A DNA stretch of 64,000 nt from Octopus sinensis (taxonomy: Eukaryota). Positions within the stretch are counted from its first letter, which is position 1, and each line of letters begins with the position of its first letter. Below, in pieces: positions 38,940-51,640 of the stretch. The stretch covers positions 167,028,001-167,092,000 of the forward strand of contig NC_042999.1 in the NCBI RefSeq assembly GCF_006345805.1. The letters are read 5' to 3'. The notes under the pieces are model-generated. The model was not told where the DNA came from. It did not search any database and was given only the letters and a program-made list of their open reading frames with translations. A program made the translations under genes and the position numbers.

Positions 38940-39192
38940 AACAAATGCGGCGTGGAAGGTGTTCGTAAGCCATTTAAGAAACACACAAAAGCCGTTCGAT
39001 TCACTTCAACATTTAAGTTTAATTTGTCAAAATATTTTCGTCGCTTTAAGACCGCGACCTGTTCACTGACAATAATCCGTGCTGCATCTGTGCTGTTTCT
39101 TAAATGGCTTCCAAACACCTTCCACGCTGCAATTGTTTTCGTTTCAGCATACGATCTCAAATCAAATCACTTGCTATGCAAGTACATATCCG

Positions 39193-39195
<3 letters not shown>
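38939..39195. mobile_element. Short element between (TA)n tracts, with ~45 bp inverted repeats enclosing a hammerhead-like motif
   Basis: AAACAAATGCGGCGTGGAAGGTGTTCGTAAGCCATTTAAGAAACA versus TGTTTCTTAAATGGCTTCCAAACACCTTCCACGCTGCAATTGTTT. Confidence 0.75.
39024..39072 (-). ncRNA. Minimal hammerhead motif with G3-C8 core variant
   Basis: Minus strand: TTGTCA | GTGAACA g | GTCGC ggtcttaaa GCGAC | GAAA ATATT T | TGACAA; 6 bp stem I, 5 bp stem II, palindromic stem III AATATT. Confidence 0.62.
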
Positions 39196-39250
<55 letters not shown>

Positions 39251-39252
<2 letters not shown>

Positions 39253-41245
39253 TTGTCTCCAATACTTTCAGACGCGTCCACCAGATACATTCTTTCGCCA
39301 TAGCCACAAGGATGATGAAAATAGCTCTTCCTTCCCGTTTGAAGGAAGGAGGCGTGACGATATTAACGATAGACTCGGCTGATAAACCGACACGTCCCAC
39401 ACGTGACAGCAGTTGTTCGACATAAGCCCACAGGTCGGAAATTGTTGGACACTGCACGAGTGCGTGCAGAACGGTTTCGTCGCTCTGACCGCATCTCGGG
39501 CAGGCCGACCCCGTGTTTCTCGAGCCGTGTCTGTAGAGCTTATCCCGAACGGGTAGCGCTTCTCGGTAGCACTGCCAGGCCAGGGATCTCTGGAAGTTGT
39601 CCATGGGCCCTGGCCCGAAAGTCGTCCGGAACAGGCGGGTCAAGTATTCCTCGTCGATACCAGGATCACCCCGAGCTCGTCGTCGTACCTCCCCTCCACT
39701 AATCCCCTATAGAATGCATGGGTTGTGTTGAAGTCACTCAAGGTCCACCCGGAACGGCATAGTTGCTTGAGAGTAACGCGACACTCGCGGTGCCAATCGC
39801 CCTTCCTCGGCCTCTTTTTGATCCACGACTGCAGTTCGGTCATGGAGACGAGTTGCAGGAAAGTGTGCCTCACAAACGGTGACCACACCTGTTCACCGTC
39901 GTCTACGTAGAGCCTGAGATGTCGCAGTTTTAGCGCGTGTCTGCGCATCATCAACCACGGCATGCCCAGTCCTCCTTTTAACGGGTGTTGACAGCAAATG
40001 GATCGCCTGACCATCGGGACGCATCCTTTCCACAAGAAGCGGAAGATAATGCGTTCTAGTTTGGTGATGGTAGGGTCGGGACAAGGCACGACGGTCAGGT
40101 GGTAGTAGATGACGGGCGCGATGTACGAGTTCGCCACCTCCACCCAACCTTTTAGGGACAGTTTCCTCTCAGCCCATTGCCGTTATCTCGTTCCAGCTCT
40201 TCTCCATTTGGAGGTCCGGACCAAACCAGACCTCGAGCAACTCGACCGGACCGTCGGTTCAGCGTCCCACGACGGAGGCGCTGGTGGACGGCATGGGCTT
40301 GCATCTCCTGGTGCCGAGTCGCAAGCCCACCGAAGACACGCTCGTCCCGCATCCCAGTTCTCGCGGGATGCCTCTCAGAGTTGCCAGCGTCTGCAATAAT
40401 GGCTCGAGAGTCAATACGTATAGAAGCGACGAGAGGGGACATCCCTGACGGAAGAACGTGCGATGTCGAAAGGTCTCGATAGATGTCCATTTACGCGAAT
40501 TACCGAACGGATGCCTCTGTTCAAAGCGGCTATCCAGCCGCGGAAGACGGGACCGAAACTAGCCGCTCTGAGGACTGCCTCCAAGTATCGATGGTCTACT
40601 CTATCGAAAGCTTTCGATTGATCCAAATTGATCAGTGCCCCACCCATGCCAGGTTCCTTAACTACCCTGTCTATGATGTAGCGCATCAGGTGGAGGTTGT
40701 TATGGATGTTCCGGCCCGGCATGGCGCACTTTTGCGCCTTGTCGACCAGTTTCTCGATGACAAGCGCCAACCTCTTGGCTAACACCGTGGCCAAAATTTT
40801 CAAGTCTGCAGAGTGATTGACCTGAAGTTATCTATTACATTCTCCTTGTTTAGATCTTTCCTCAGCAGTGTTACGGCTCCTCGGCTCACAAAACCAAGAA
40901 TGCTCCCGTTTTGCTGCCAGTTGTAGTACATCGCCGCCAAGACGTCTCCAAACAAGTCTGGCATACAACTGTAAAGCTCGTAGGGTAGACCATCCAAACC
41001 CGGCGATTTGTCCCTCCAGCATTCTGCCATCACGTCCTGCACTTCCGCCGCCGTGGTGGCACCTTCTCAGCGCCCTGCCTCTCTTGTCGAGAGTCGTGGC
41101 AGGCTGTGTAGGTAGGCACTGAAGTCCACCCTACGTTCTTGCCCACCACTCGTCTCGAACAGTCGGGCAAAATGCTGTTGAAAGGCCTCACACATTTTAC
41201 TTGGCTCGAGCAATTCGCGCCCCTATTCATCTACCAGACACCGAA
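39251..41245 (-). mobile_element. Tx1/L1-clade LINE ORF2 (RT plus C-terminal zinc-knuckle region), frameshifted and truncated at both ends
   Basis: DKSPGLDGLPYELY, NFRSITL, KILATVLAKRL, NLDQSKAFDRVDH, FLWKG..KGGLGMP, CPRCGQSDETVLHALVQCP across successive ORFs; GC-rich island. Confidence 0.92.
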
Positions 41246-41256
41246 TGGTAGGTGGG

Positions 41257-41288
41257 TATATATATATATTATATATATATATATATAT

Positions 41289-41332
<44 letters not shown>

Positions 41333-41390
41333 GTAGGTAGGTAGATAGATAGATAGGTAGATAGATAGGTAGATAGAGAGATAGATAGAG

Positions 41391-41454
<64 letters not shown>

Positions 41455-41470
41455 GGATAGATAGATAGAT
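41257..41470. repeat. (TA)n + (GATA)n microsatellite
   Basis: Directly visible; abuts the 5' end of the Tx1-like LINE. Confidence 0.95.
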
Positions 41471-41730
41471 GTGTGTGGGGGTGTTATTTATGTGTGTGCC
41501 ATTGTGTTTGTGTTTGTCACCCACCACTGCTTGGCAACCGGCGCTGGTTTGTTTACGTCCCCGAAACATTAGAAGTTCGGTATACGGGATCAACATAATA
41601 AATACTGGGCTTAAAAAAGCAAAGCAGAAAATATAAAGTACTAAAGTACTGAGGTCGATTCGTTCGACTAAAACCATTCCAATGCGATGCCCCAGCATGG
41701 CCGCAGTTCATTGCCTGAAACGAGTCAATG
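41471..41730 (+). mobile_element. Old SINE family A, 3' half
   Basis: GCTTGGCAACCGGCGCTGGTTTGTTTACGTCCCCG...CCCAGCATGGCCGCAG. Confidence 0.75.
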
Positions 41731-42550
41731 AACCTGAAAGAGACCTTTAATGTATATAAATAAAGGCAGAATATTTTTTGTAACTAAATAAGTTCAAGTA
41801 TATTATTTAGTTTCTCTTTCCGCATTACATAATCAACTTTGTCATTGGAATTAGTTGTATAGCTCGTATGCAGATGAAGTGTATGAGGTTATAATGTGTG
41901 TTAAGTTCTATAATATATGAATTTGGTTAGAAAAAACTATTGGGAAAACGTGGTAGAGCTCAGCAGTGGCCCTTGAGGAATGTTTCCATGGAGACTAGCG
42001 AAGTGGGCGCGGTTTGGCGTGGTCTATAACATACAGCAACGGATGCTGTTCCTATGTTTACTTCGAGCCCATATCGGTCGACAGATAAGTATCTCTCATA
42101 TATCCAGACGTATCAACACAGTTTAAATTTAATGCCATCGGCAGCCTCCATCTTTCTGTCTGCTATCTGGCTTGTTTAGTCTGCTAGTGAGCAAGTCTTA
42201 ACAGGCGGCATTGCACTAGCTTGCTTCTCTCTCTCTCTCTCTCTCTCTCTTGCAAACACACACACACACACACACACACATATACGCACATATACACGCA
42301 CAACTACGCATATACACACCTAGTAATATTCACATACAGTAAAAAATGACAAGATCATATTAACACATACATACGTGCATATGAAGACATAAAAAGCAAA
42401 ACAAAAGAAAATATTAAAAAAATGCAGACCCAAAACATAAATGCAATATGACACTAACATCCACGGTCAGTTATATATTTACATCTATAAGCTGTGTGCC
42501 AGAATATATATATATACATACATATATATATGTATGTGTGTGTGTGTGTG

Positions 42551-42598
<48 letters not shown>

Positions 42599-42603
42599 AT
42601 ATG

Positions 42604-42648
<45 letters not shown>

Positions 42649-42814
42649 TATTATATATATATGAACATATATATATATATGAACACATACACATCTATGT
42701 ATGTGTGTGTGTATATATATATATATGTATGTATATATGTTCATGTATATATATATATATATGTCTATATATATATATATGTATGTATATATGTTTATAT
42801 ATATATATATGTGC

Positions 42815-42848
<34 letters not shown>

Positions 42849-43014
42849 GCACACATACACGCGCGCGCGCACACACACATATAAATGCATCTATACTTTA
42901 TACATACGTCTTCATATGTGTTTGCAAAATTTTGGCAATATAAGCACATATATATATTAACACAAATCTTGGATTAGTTAATAATTTCTTGTTCCTATTT
43001 TTCACTAATATTCA

Positions 43015-43022
43015 TGTTGTTG

Positions 43023-43054
<32 letters not shown>

Positions 43055-43253
43055 GGAGGTGGTGATGGCAGTGATAGTAGCGGCGGCGGGGTTGACGGTG
43101 TGTGGTGGTGGTGGGGGATGTCGGAGATAACGGTAATGATTTTGATAATGATGGCACGGTTCAGGGTGATGCTGATGATAATAACGATAAGAAAGAGGAT
43201 GGTGGCGATTCTGCTGCTGCTGCAGTTTTTGTTACTGCTGCTGTTGCTACTGC

Positions 43254-43294
<41 letters not shown>

Positions 43295-43305
43295 ATGATG
43301 ATGAC

Positions 43306-43337
<32 letters not shown>

Positions 43338-43385
43338 CGATGACGATGATGGTAGTGGTGGTGGTGGTTGTGGTGGTGGTGGTGG

Positions 43386-43420
<35 letters not shown>

Positions 43421-43780
43421 GTAGTGGTGGTGGTGGTTGTGGTGGTGGTGGTGGTGATGACGACGATGATGATGATGATGAGGATGATGATGATGATGAT
43501 GATGATGGTAGTGGTGGTGGTGGTTGTGGTGGTGGTGGTGGTGATGACGACGATGATGATGATGATGAAGATGAGGATGATGATGATGATGATGATGATG
43601 GTAGTGGTGGTGATGGTTATGGTGATGGTGATAATGATGATGATGAAGATGATGATGATGATGAAGATGAGGATGATGATGATGATGATTATTACGATGG
43701 GGCGATGATTATGATGGAAAACGATGAACCTGATGATGATGATGATGTCAACGATGATGACTACGGCGACATCATCTGAA
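43015..43780. repeat. Compound trinucleotide tract (GTT/GGT/GCT/GAT) with a repeated GGTAGT(GGT)nTGT(GGT)n(GAT)n module
   Basis: Module starts at ~43351, 43420, 43507 and (degenerate) 43600. Confidence 0.95.
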
Positions 43781-44079
43781 CGAAGTATGATGTAAAAATG
43801 ATGGAAATAATAATGATGTCAATGACAGCGTTTGGAATAAATACTCACCAAAACTCTTCTCAATGTTATGCAGTATTATTACTTAACTTCACCAGATTTA
43901 GCATTAATGGCAAACACCATAAAAAGTCTACCAACGGCGAGATGATGACATCAATTATAAATATATTAGTTTATAATACAGTCTTTAAAACATTTACTGT
44001 CTGAAAGTGTATATATATATATAGATATGTATTTACGTACGTATGTATATATATATATATATATAATATATATATATAT

Positions 44080-44175
44080 TACTAATATAGGAGGAAGTTT
44101 TTTTTTTACAGAAAAAAATTTCATAAAACAAAATATATGTATATATATGTATATATATATATATATATTATATAT

Positions 44176-44226
<51 letters not shown>

Positions 44227-44296
44227 TACTAATATAGGAGGAAGTTTTTTTTTACAGAAAAAAATTTCCATAAAACAAAATATATGTATATATATA
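44080..44296. repeat. Local duplication of ~65 bp unique sequence within (TA)n
   Basis: TACTAATATAGGAGGAAGTTTTTTTTTACAGAAAAAAATTTC..TAAAACAAAATATATG at ~44080 and ~44227. Confidence 0.9.
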
Positions 44297-44297
44297 T

Positions 44298-44560
44298 CAT
44301 CATCATCATCATCATCATCATCATCGTTTAACGTCCGTTCTCCATGCTAGCACGGGTTGGACGGTTCGACCGGGGTCTGGGAAGCCAGAAGGCTGCACCA
44401 GGCTCCAGTCTTATCTGGCAATGTTTCTACAGATGGATGCCCTTCCTAACGCCAACCACTCCGAGAGTGTAGTGGGTGCTTTTTACGTGCCACCTGCACA
44501 GGTGCCGGGCAAGGCTGGCATCGGCCACGGTCGGATTGGTGCATTTTACGTGCCACCGGC
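44298..44560 (-). mobile_element. SINE-like retroposon 3' part with (GAT)n tail
   Basis: Minus strand GTTGGCGTTAGGAAGGGCATCC...CCGTCCAACCCGTGCTAGCATGGAGAACGGACGTTAAACG(ATG)n; family assignment by recognition only. Confidence 0.65.
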
Positions 44561-44614
44561 ATATATATATATGTATGTATGTATGTATGTGTGTGTGTGT
44601 GTGTGTATGTCAAT

Positions 44615-44814
44615 ATATGCCCACGTTTTTATCGTTGGCGAGTTTCTTTCTCCGTCTTCCCTTCCTTGGAGCTTTCGTTTTTCTATGTTTCTGACGAAGA
44701 GCTCCGAATCGTTAAACCCTCCTTCTGTCTTTCCTTTCCTTAGCATCCAGTAACACTATACTTGTTCCACGTCCTCGCGTTGTTGTTTTTCCCTTTGTTC
44801 ATGTTTGGATTAAC

Positions 44815-44815
<1 letters not shown>
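44615..44815 (+). mobile_element. Short (TA)n-associated element with damaged hammerhead motif (family P)
   Basis: Homologous to the reverse complement of 51433-51640; GTTT CTGACGA AGAGCTCC GAAT CGTT AAAC at 44687-44717. Confidence 0.7.
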
Positions 44816-44904
<89 letters not shown>

Positions 44905-44999
44905 CATACACATATATATATATATTATATGTATATATATGTATATATATAAAATACACATACACACCCCCATATGTATACACATATGTATATATATAT

Positions 45000-45937
45000 A
45001 TATATATAAACGGCAAAATGTATGTGCTTGTTTGTGTGTGTGTGTGTGTGTCCTTTATACAAATCCACAATTTTTCAGTTAGAAGACTCGCACTTTCTAT
45101 GGTCATTTAAAACCGTCCAAGGGTGGTCGTGCACATCTTTACATTTCCCCAGTCATCCCGGAAAGCCATTAAAAATCAATAGAAGTGACTTTTTAGTGAA
45201 TTTTCTATTCAAAATACAATCAAAATGCCCGATACTTGATACGCCAATTGAATGCCAGCTAGCTGTATGTGATTGGTCGGAGATTTGGACAGTACTCGCG
45301 TGTATGTGCGCACGCACGCACGCACGCAGCTGTATGACTCAGTGACTACATGACTCAATGCGCAAACTAAGAGGCCAGTTTATGAACACGTGAGAAATAA
45401 TTAATTAACGAATACGGTTAAGTGAATGCCAAGAAAAAGCGGGATTTTCATGAAAGGCCAAATATGCTTGCTATGCCATCATTCTTGAAGTATGCCATAA
45501 GGGAGTTGGAGCCTATTTAATGACTCTACTTAAGAAGCGCTTTCAATTGACTACAATTATCCAGCGAGTTGAACCCTTAAGGAATTTTTCGAAACGTTTC
45601 TTTGCTTGCATAAATCTAGCGGCTTCATTTAGCTACAGATCGAATCATTTGATACCTACATAGCTGATACTTAGGATTATCAGGTTGATCTTTTCGGTGA
45701 AGAATTCCTAAGCTGGTTCGAATTGACTAAAATTGTCAATCGATCAGTAGCACAAAAATTAATCTAACGAGGAGAGGTGATGCTGTTTGCAATCTTTTAG
45801 CCTTACCCTGAATTTTGTTCGAACCATATTTGGTTCTACCAATGGTAGCCATCAAGCAGATGAACATAGCTACAATTCATAGACAATTCAAGGCCAGAGC
45901 CCACGAATTTTTCTGCACTGCCGAGTCATAGTGCTAG
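45000..45937 (+). mobile_element. Non-autonomous Helitron family H2
   Basis: 5' TATATATAAACGGCAAAATG(TG)n...; 3' GCCGAGTCATAGTGCTAG|T matches the terminus at 55797-55814; the 5' segment recurs at 46045-46165. Confidence 0.6.
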
Positions 45938-46012
45938 TATATATATATATAGACACACATACACACATACATATATATATATATATATAATGTATATGTG
46001 TATATACATACG

Positions 46013-46048
<36 letters not shown>

Positions 46049-46204
46049 TATATAAACGGCAAAATGTGTGTGTGTGTGTCCGTGTCCTTTATACAAATCC
46101 CCAATTTTTCAGTTAGAGGGCTCGCACTTTCTATGGTCATTCAAAACCGTCCAAGGATGGTCGTTTAAGGAAGTTCTATGCTTAATACAAACTTTGGAAC
46201 AGAG

Positions 46205-46600
46205 AGGCAGCTGTGTCTGTATGGTAAGAAGTTTGGTCCTTATTTCGGGTTCAGTCTTCCTTGTGTGATACCTTGAGCGAATTTCTTTTAGTATGGCCTC
46301 GGGGCTCACCAAATCCATGTAAATGCAAATGGATTTGGTAGGCGGAAACTGAAACAAACCCGAAAGAATATGTGTGCGTGTGTGTGTATGTGTGTGTGTG
46401 TGTATCCTCCACCACCATTTGACAACCGATGTTGGGTTTTTTACGGTCCCATAGCCTAGCAGTTCAGCAACAGAGAATCGATAGAATATGTGCCAGGCTT
46501 AATAAAAAATATGTGTGAGCTCGGGTTGTTCGACAGAACTCTTTCAGGTAGTGCTCCAATATGGCCGCAGCCCAATAACTGATACAAATAAAAGAGAAAT
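46205..46600 (+). mobile_element. Old SINE family A copy
   Basis: GGATTTGGTAGGCGGAAACTGAAA ... TTGACAACCGATGTTGG ... GTGCTCCAATATGGCCGCAG. Confidence 0.75.
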
Positions 46601-47707
46601 ACATAAGAAGATAAAGCAATGAATTTGATTTATTTCAAAGAATAGATCTGAATTATATTGTTCTACTGAGACACAAAGCCAGTAGTTTTAAGGCGAGATG
46701 TTAGTTGACACGATTGACTCCAGGATGAAAAAAACAGATCCCAAAATCTAATCAGTTTGTGCCAGTCACGAGGCCAAACATCCCTGAATGTTTCGTCCGA
46801 ATCCATCCGGCAGTTCTTGCAATGTCTTGTCCACGGACAAACAAGCAATCAAACAAACAAACAAACATGACCGAAAACAAACAGGCGGCGATAATTATGT
46901 TTGGCAGCAGGCAAATATTAGTAGACATTAGTTTCAAATTTTGGCACAAGGCTAGCAACACAGGAGGAGAGGTAAGTCGATTAGATCGATCCAAAGCTCA
47001 ATTGGTGCTTATTTTATCGAATCGACCCCGAAATCGAGTCGACAACGGTGGAATTTGAACTCAGAACATAAAGACTGATGAATTTTACCGGCGTGCTGAC
47101 GATTCTGCCAGCTTGTCGCTTTCACAATACCATAGACAGGAATGAAATATTCGATTAAATAAACCCCAATACTCGACTGAGAATTGATATTTCAACGGCC
47201 TCTGAAGGGTGAAGGACAAAGTGCAATCCTACGAAATTGTTACTTGCAATACAAAGGGATGTATCAAAATGCTTTATCCGGTTCTTTATCGATTCTTCCT
47301 ATCATAGTCCTAAAGCATTGCTTCTCATCAAGAGGGCGCTGTGTTTGATAGTCTCTCGAGTCCGAAAAAGACGATTCCCGATTGTCTTGTTCATCAAAAT
47401 TAGTTTATAGTGATCGGAGAAAACTTGGTGCTGTACATGAGCTTACGACCGCCATCATTTCGAAATTGCCTGAATAGGAGGACCTCGCTGAGCCACACGT
47501 CAGATGTCGATGTGATTACAGAGCAACGTAACTTGAAGCGGTTTTATTCGAAAAACGCAGCGCACCAGCGCACCCTGGGAATCGAAACTACGATCACACG
47601 ATCGCGAGTACAATACCTTAACTACTAGGCTACAACCGCTCAGTTTTACGAGGATTGGGAAAACAGACCACTGGAACAAACTACTGTCTTTTACCTTTTA
47701 TCTCTTA

Positions 47708-48220
47708 CTAGCAGTATCGCCCGGCGTTGCTCGGGTTTGTAAGGGAAATAACTATATAAGCATTTTTAGAGAGTTACTTCCCTTATAGATGCCAATTTGG
47801 GCTTTCTTAGCCATTTCTGTTTTGGCGTCCTCAAGCCATGAAGTCGTTGTTCTAAAAGAACGCTGGTCTCCTTGACAACGCTTTACGACGTTGATTTCCT
47901 TATACTCCCTTCTCCACAGCTTCACGAGGGAGGGAAGAAGGGGGAGAAGCAAACAGGTGCAGCTGTGACCATGGACGCCAACTCCGCCGCCATCGACACA
48001 CGAAAAATTATGCATTAAAATGGAATAAAAAATGATGTTAAATTATTTTTAAAATCGTAGACTCATCGTTGACGCGCGCTAATAGCCAGACGGGCTCGAT
48101 ATGAATCACGACTATAAGATACCCGAATTTGGTTAAACTGCACCGCAAAATGTGGGAGTAGTTAGGAATCTAAATCGAAGGGGACAAACACTCACACAAC
48201 TACAGTTTTATATACATAGA
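47708..48220 (-). mobile_element. Non-autonomous Helitron H1 (513 bp class)
   Basis: Near-identical to 840-1348; TC and CTAG termini; AT target site. Confidence 0.9.
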
Positions 48221-48409
48221 TTTGTTTCAGTCATAAAACAACAGCCATACTATGACATCCTTCCACCACAAACCTGTAAAGTTTAGTCGATCAAATCGAC
48301 TCCAGTATTTATTTTTTAAAAAAATGGTTCTTACTCTATCTGTCGCCTTTGCCGAACCGCCACCGGTTATCAATCAACCATGAAACCATACCATTAATTC
48401 TTATACACG

Positions 48410-48441
<32 letters not shown>

Positions 48442-48442
48442 G

Positions 48443-48498
<56 letters not shown>

Positions 48499-48525
48499 CA
48501 TCTACCTACCTACATACCTTCTTAC

Positions 48526-48602
<77 letters not shown>

Positions 48603-48629
48603 CATCTACCTACCTACATACCTTCTTAC

Positions 48630-48690
<61 letters not shown>

Positions 48691-48710
48691 GATCTATCTA
48701 TCTTATCTAT
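48410..48710. repeat. (TATC)n microsatellite with an internal ~104 bp duplication
   Basis: CCATCTACCTACCTACATACCTTCTTACC occurs twice (~48498 and ~48602). Confidence 0.95.
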
Positions 48711-49086
48711 ATATGTATTTATATACACGTGCATACATACACATACCTATATGTATATATACATACATACATATATATATTAATTCATACATACACACAT
48801 ATATATGTATACACATATTTGTATACATATATGTGTATTATTTATCTCTATGCATACGTCTGTATGTGTGTATATGTATTTATCTATGCATGATTATATG
48901 TATGTGTGTATATTATATCAAAACGTGACAGCATATTCAAGTTTCACCAAGTGTTTCAGCGCATTTATCCTTGGAGCTGAACTCGAGTAAAGTGTCACTT
49001 TTTGATATGATGCAATACCTTTCCACTCTTTCCCAGAAATGTTAGCACCTTATATAACATATATTCTTTACAATCCTTACATTATG

Positions 49087-49129
<43 letters not shown>

Positions 49130-49224
49130 CCATTATACACACACACATAGAGAAAGAGAGAGCTAAATACATACATATATATATATATATGTATACACAC
49201 ACTCGCACACACACACACACACAT

Positions 49225-49267
<43 letters not shown>

Positions 49268-50310
49268 AATTTTAGTAGCGACGCAAAAGGAATCAGCCAA
49301 ATACATCTAATATGTATGTGTTGGAATCTCCTTACATACTTTTGAAGATCTCGCTATCCATATCTCATTATGCTCTTGCATATTTTTAGTAATTAAGCGT
49401 TTGGTGTTACTCAGTTCCTCAATATTGTGCGTTACTTACAACGATGTATTCCTGATGATATTTTAATGTCTCTAGTAGGATGCTGTTGGACCAATCTCAT
49501 GAAAGTTAAATCAAAACAGGTTTTTAAAAATTTTTTAGAACACCCAGAAAAATAATCACTACATACCTATGAAGGTATGTTGAAATGGTTCATTTTTGAC
49601 TTGATATTGATATTAGAATCGTTTCTTCCAAATCTACACTATTTGGAAGACACCGCGTGGGTAGTAAAATTTATTTCTGGAAAATGAGTAAATACAATTC
49701 TTGTAAATGTTCAAGTTTTTTGTCTCTGGCTGCCATGACCATCACGCGGGAAATGGCTTTGTTATTGAGTGCAAAAGTTATTATCCCATTGCGCACTTTT
49801 TTTTCATATTTGTCACGATGATCCATACTGTTTTGTCACTGTTTCTTCATTGATAAATAATTACCATGAGTTATGATTGATAACAGTTGAATGACTAATG
49901 TATAAAAGTTAAAATTTATTGCGTACTAGAAAGTCGATATTCTGCTAAGTATAACGGATATATATTTTAAATAAATAAGCAGAGCATTTGAAATCAACTC
50001 CTAACTCTTTAGACTTCCTTGATGACCGACCTATGGAATAAGACTGTCGCTTTGTTTATATTTACAGGTAGTAATTTGTTCCATTTATCTTGAAACTTTC
50101 GTGTGGGCCGGAAGCGCCTTATATACGTCTAGAAGGGTTCTTTATTTTCATTTAGTTGATGTATGTATATATCGTTTGCACGTCTTTTTAAATGCATGCA
50201 GTATCATTATTTTCTAATTTTGTGCACTTTGCCCGTTATATGTAATGATATCTGCAACGATATCATTTTGTCTCGTGGGATACTTTAATTAGTTTCTGTG
50301 TGTGTGTATA

Positions 50311-50383
<73 letters not shown>

Positions 50384-50427
50384 TATATATGTATATGCAT
50401 ATTTATACATATGCATATATATGTATA

Positions 50428-50503
<76 letters not shown>

Positions 50504-51376
50504 TCATTAACCACATTCACATCATCATCTTCATCTTCATCATCTTTATCGTCATCATCGACATCCTCCTCCTCCTCCTTCGTGTCATCATCATCATCAT
50601 CATCATCTCTTTCAAACATACAAATACATAACATGGTGGTCGAAAGAAAAGCGTAGGTTGATATGCAAACATTGAGGTCGGTAGTGAATTTCGTATACCT
50701 CTCGCAGTAAGTCATCTTAGAAAATAAAAACAAAACAACGAAGACAAACACAAATAAACTCATACAAACACACGAAAATGGAGTAAATTATTAAGAAATA
50801 AGGAAGAAGTAAATGAAGATTAAAAAAAAAGAAAAATAATTTATATTTTTGGAAATGGAAATTGGCCAATAAAGAAACAGTTTACTCAGTTTAGAATGAA
50901 AACAATTTTTTACATACTTTGCATACATATATATATATATATGAATATATGTATGTGAATATATATGTTTGTTGGTGTATTTATATTTACATATGCACAT
51001 GCTCACACGTTTGATTGTAGTAGTGGTGGTAGTGGATCTCCGTCTTTGGACGACGAAGATTCAGTTGTACGAATTAGCTGCTCCTGAATTATCGTTTAAG
51101 TTATTGATCATTTCAAAGATACGTGTACCCTTAACGTAATGTTCAGCCAACATCAATGTGACACAATGTGTGCCAAGGTTCTACGTTTTGAATCACAAAC
51201 CATTCGATCGGCTGCTATACCCAATTTCCACTCACAAGATATGGGTCATCCTGAGGCTTTAGAAAATGACATTTGTCTTATAATCTAGCGCAGGCTCGAG
51301 ACGTCAAAGACTTTTCCATTCTTCCCGAACGCCAAAGTAATACACCTGTCTTCGTCTTTTGCTTTCTGTAAATTTG

Positions 51377-51432
<56 letters not shown>

Positions 51433-51435
<3 letters not shown>

Positions 51436-51640
51436 TAATCCAAACAAGAAAACACAAAAAACACAGCAACGCGAGGACGTGGAACAAATAAAGTATTATT
51501 GGACGCTCAGGAAAGAAGGGAAGAAGGAGGGTTTAACGTCTCGAGCGGAGCTCTTCGTCGGAAACATTGGAGAAGGAAAGATCCCGAGAAGGGAAGACAG
51601 AGGAAAAAAAATCGCTGGCGGTACTCACGAGGTCACATAC
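51433..51640 (-). mobile_element. Family P element with damaged hammerhead motif; tail-to-tail across (TA)n with a related fragment at 51290-51380
   Basis: Minus strand GTTT CCGACGA A GAGC TCC GCTC GAGA CGTT AAAC (51531-51565). Confidence 0.7.

Larger units (their letters stand above)
35310..38940. repeat. Direct tandem duplication, unit ~1.8 kb
   Basis: GGATTCCACACAG at 35341 and 37148 (offset 1807); CAGCATCAGTTGTC at 36481 and 38284 (offset 1803); visible differences are confined to microsatellite lengths. Confidence 0.95.

Noticed and set aside
49330-49900. Possible Tc1/mariner transposase remnant on the minus strand
   Set aside because: Only faint motif resemblance (PNSVDL versus SPDL); too weak to call.
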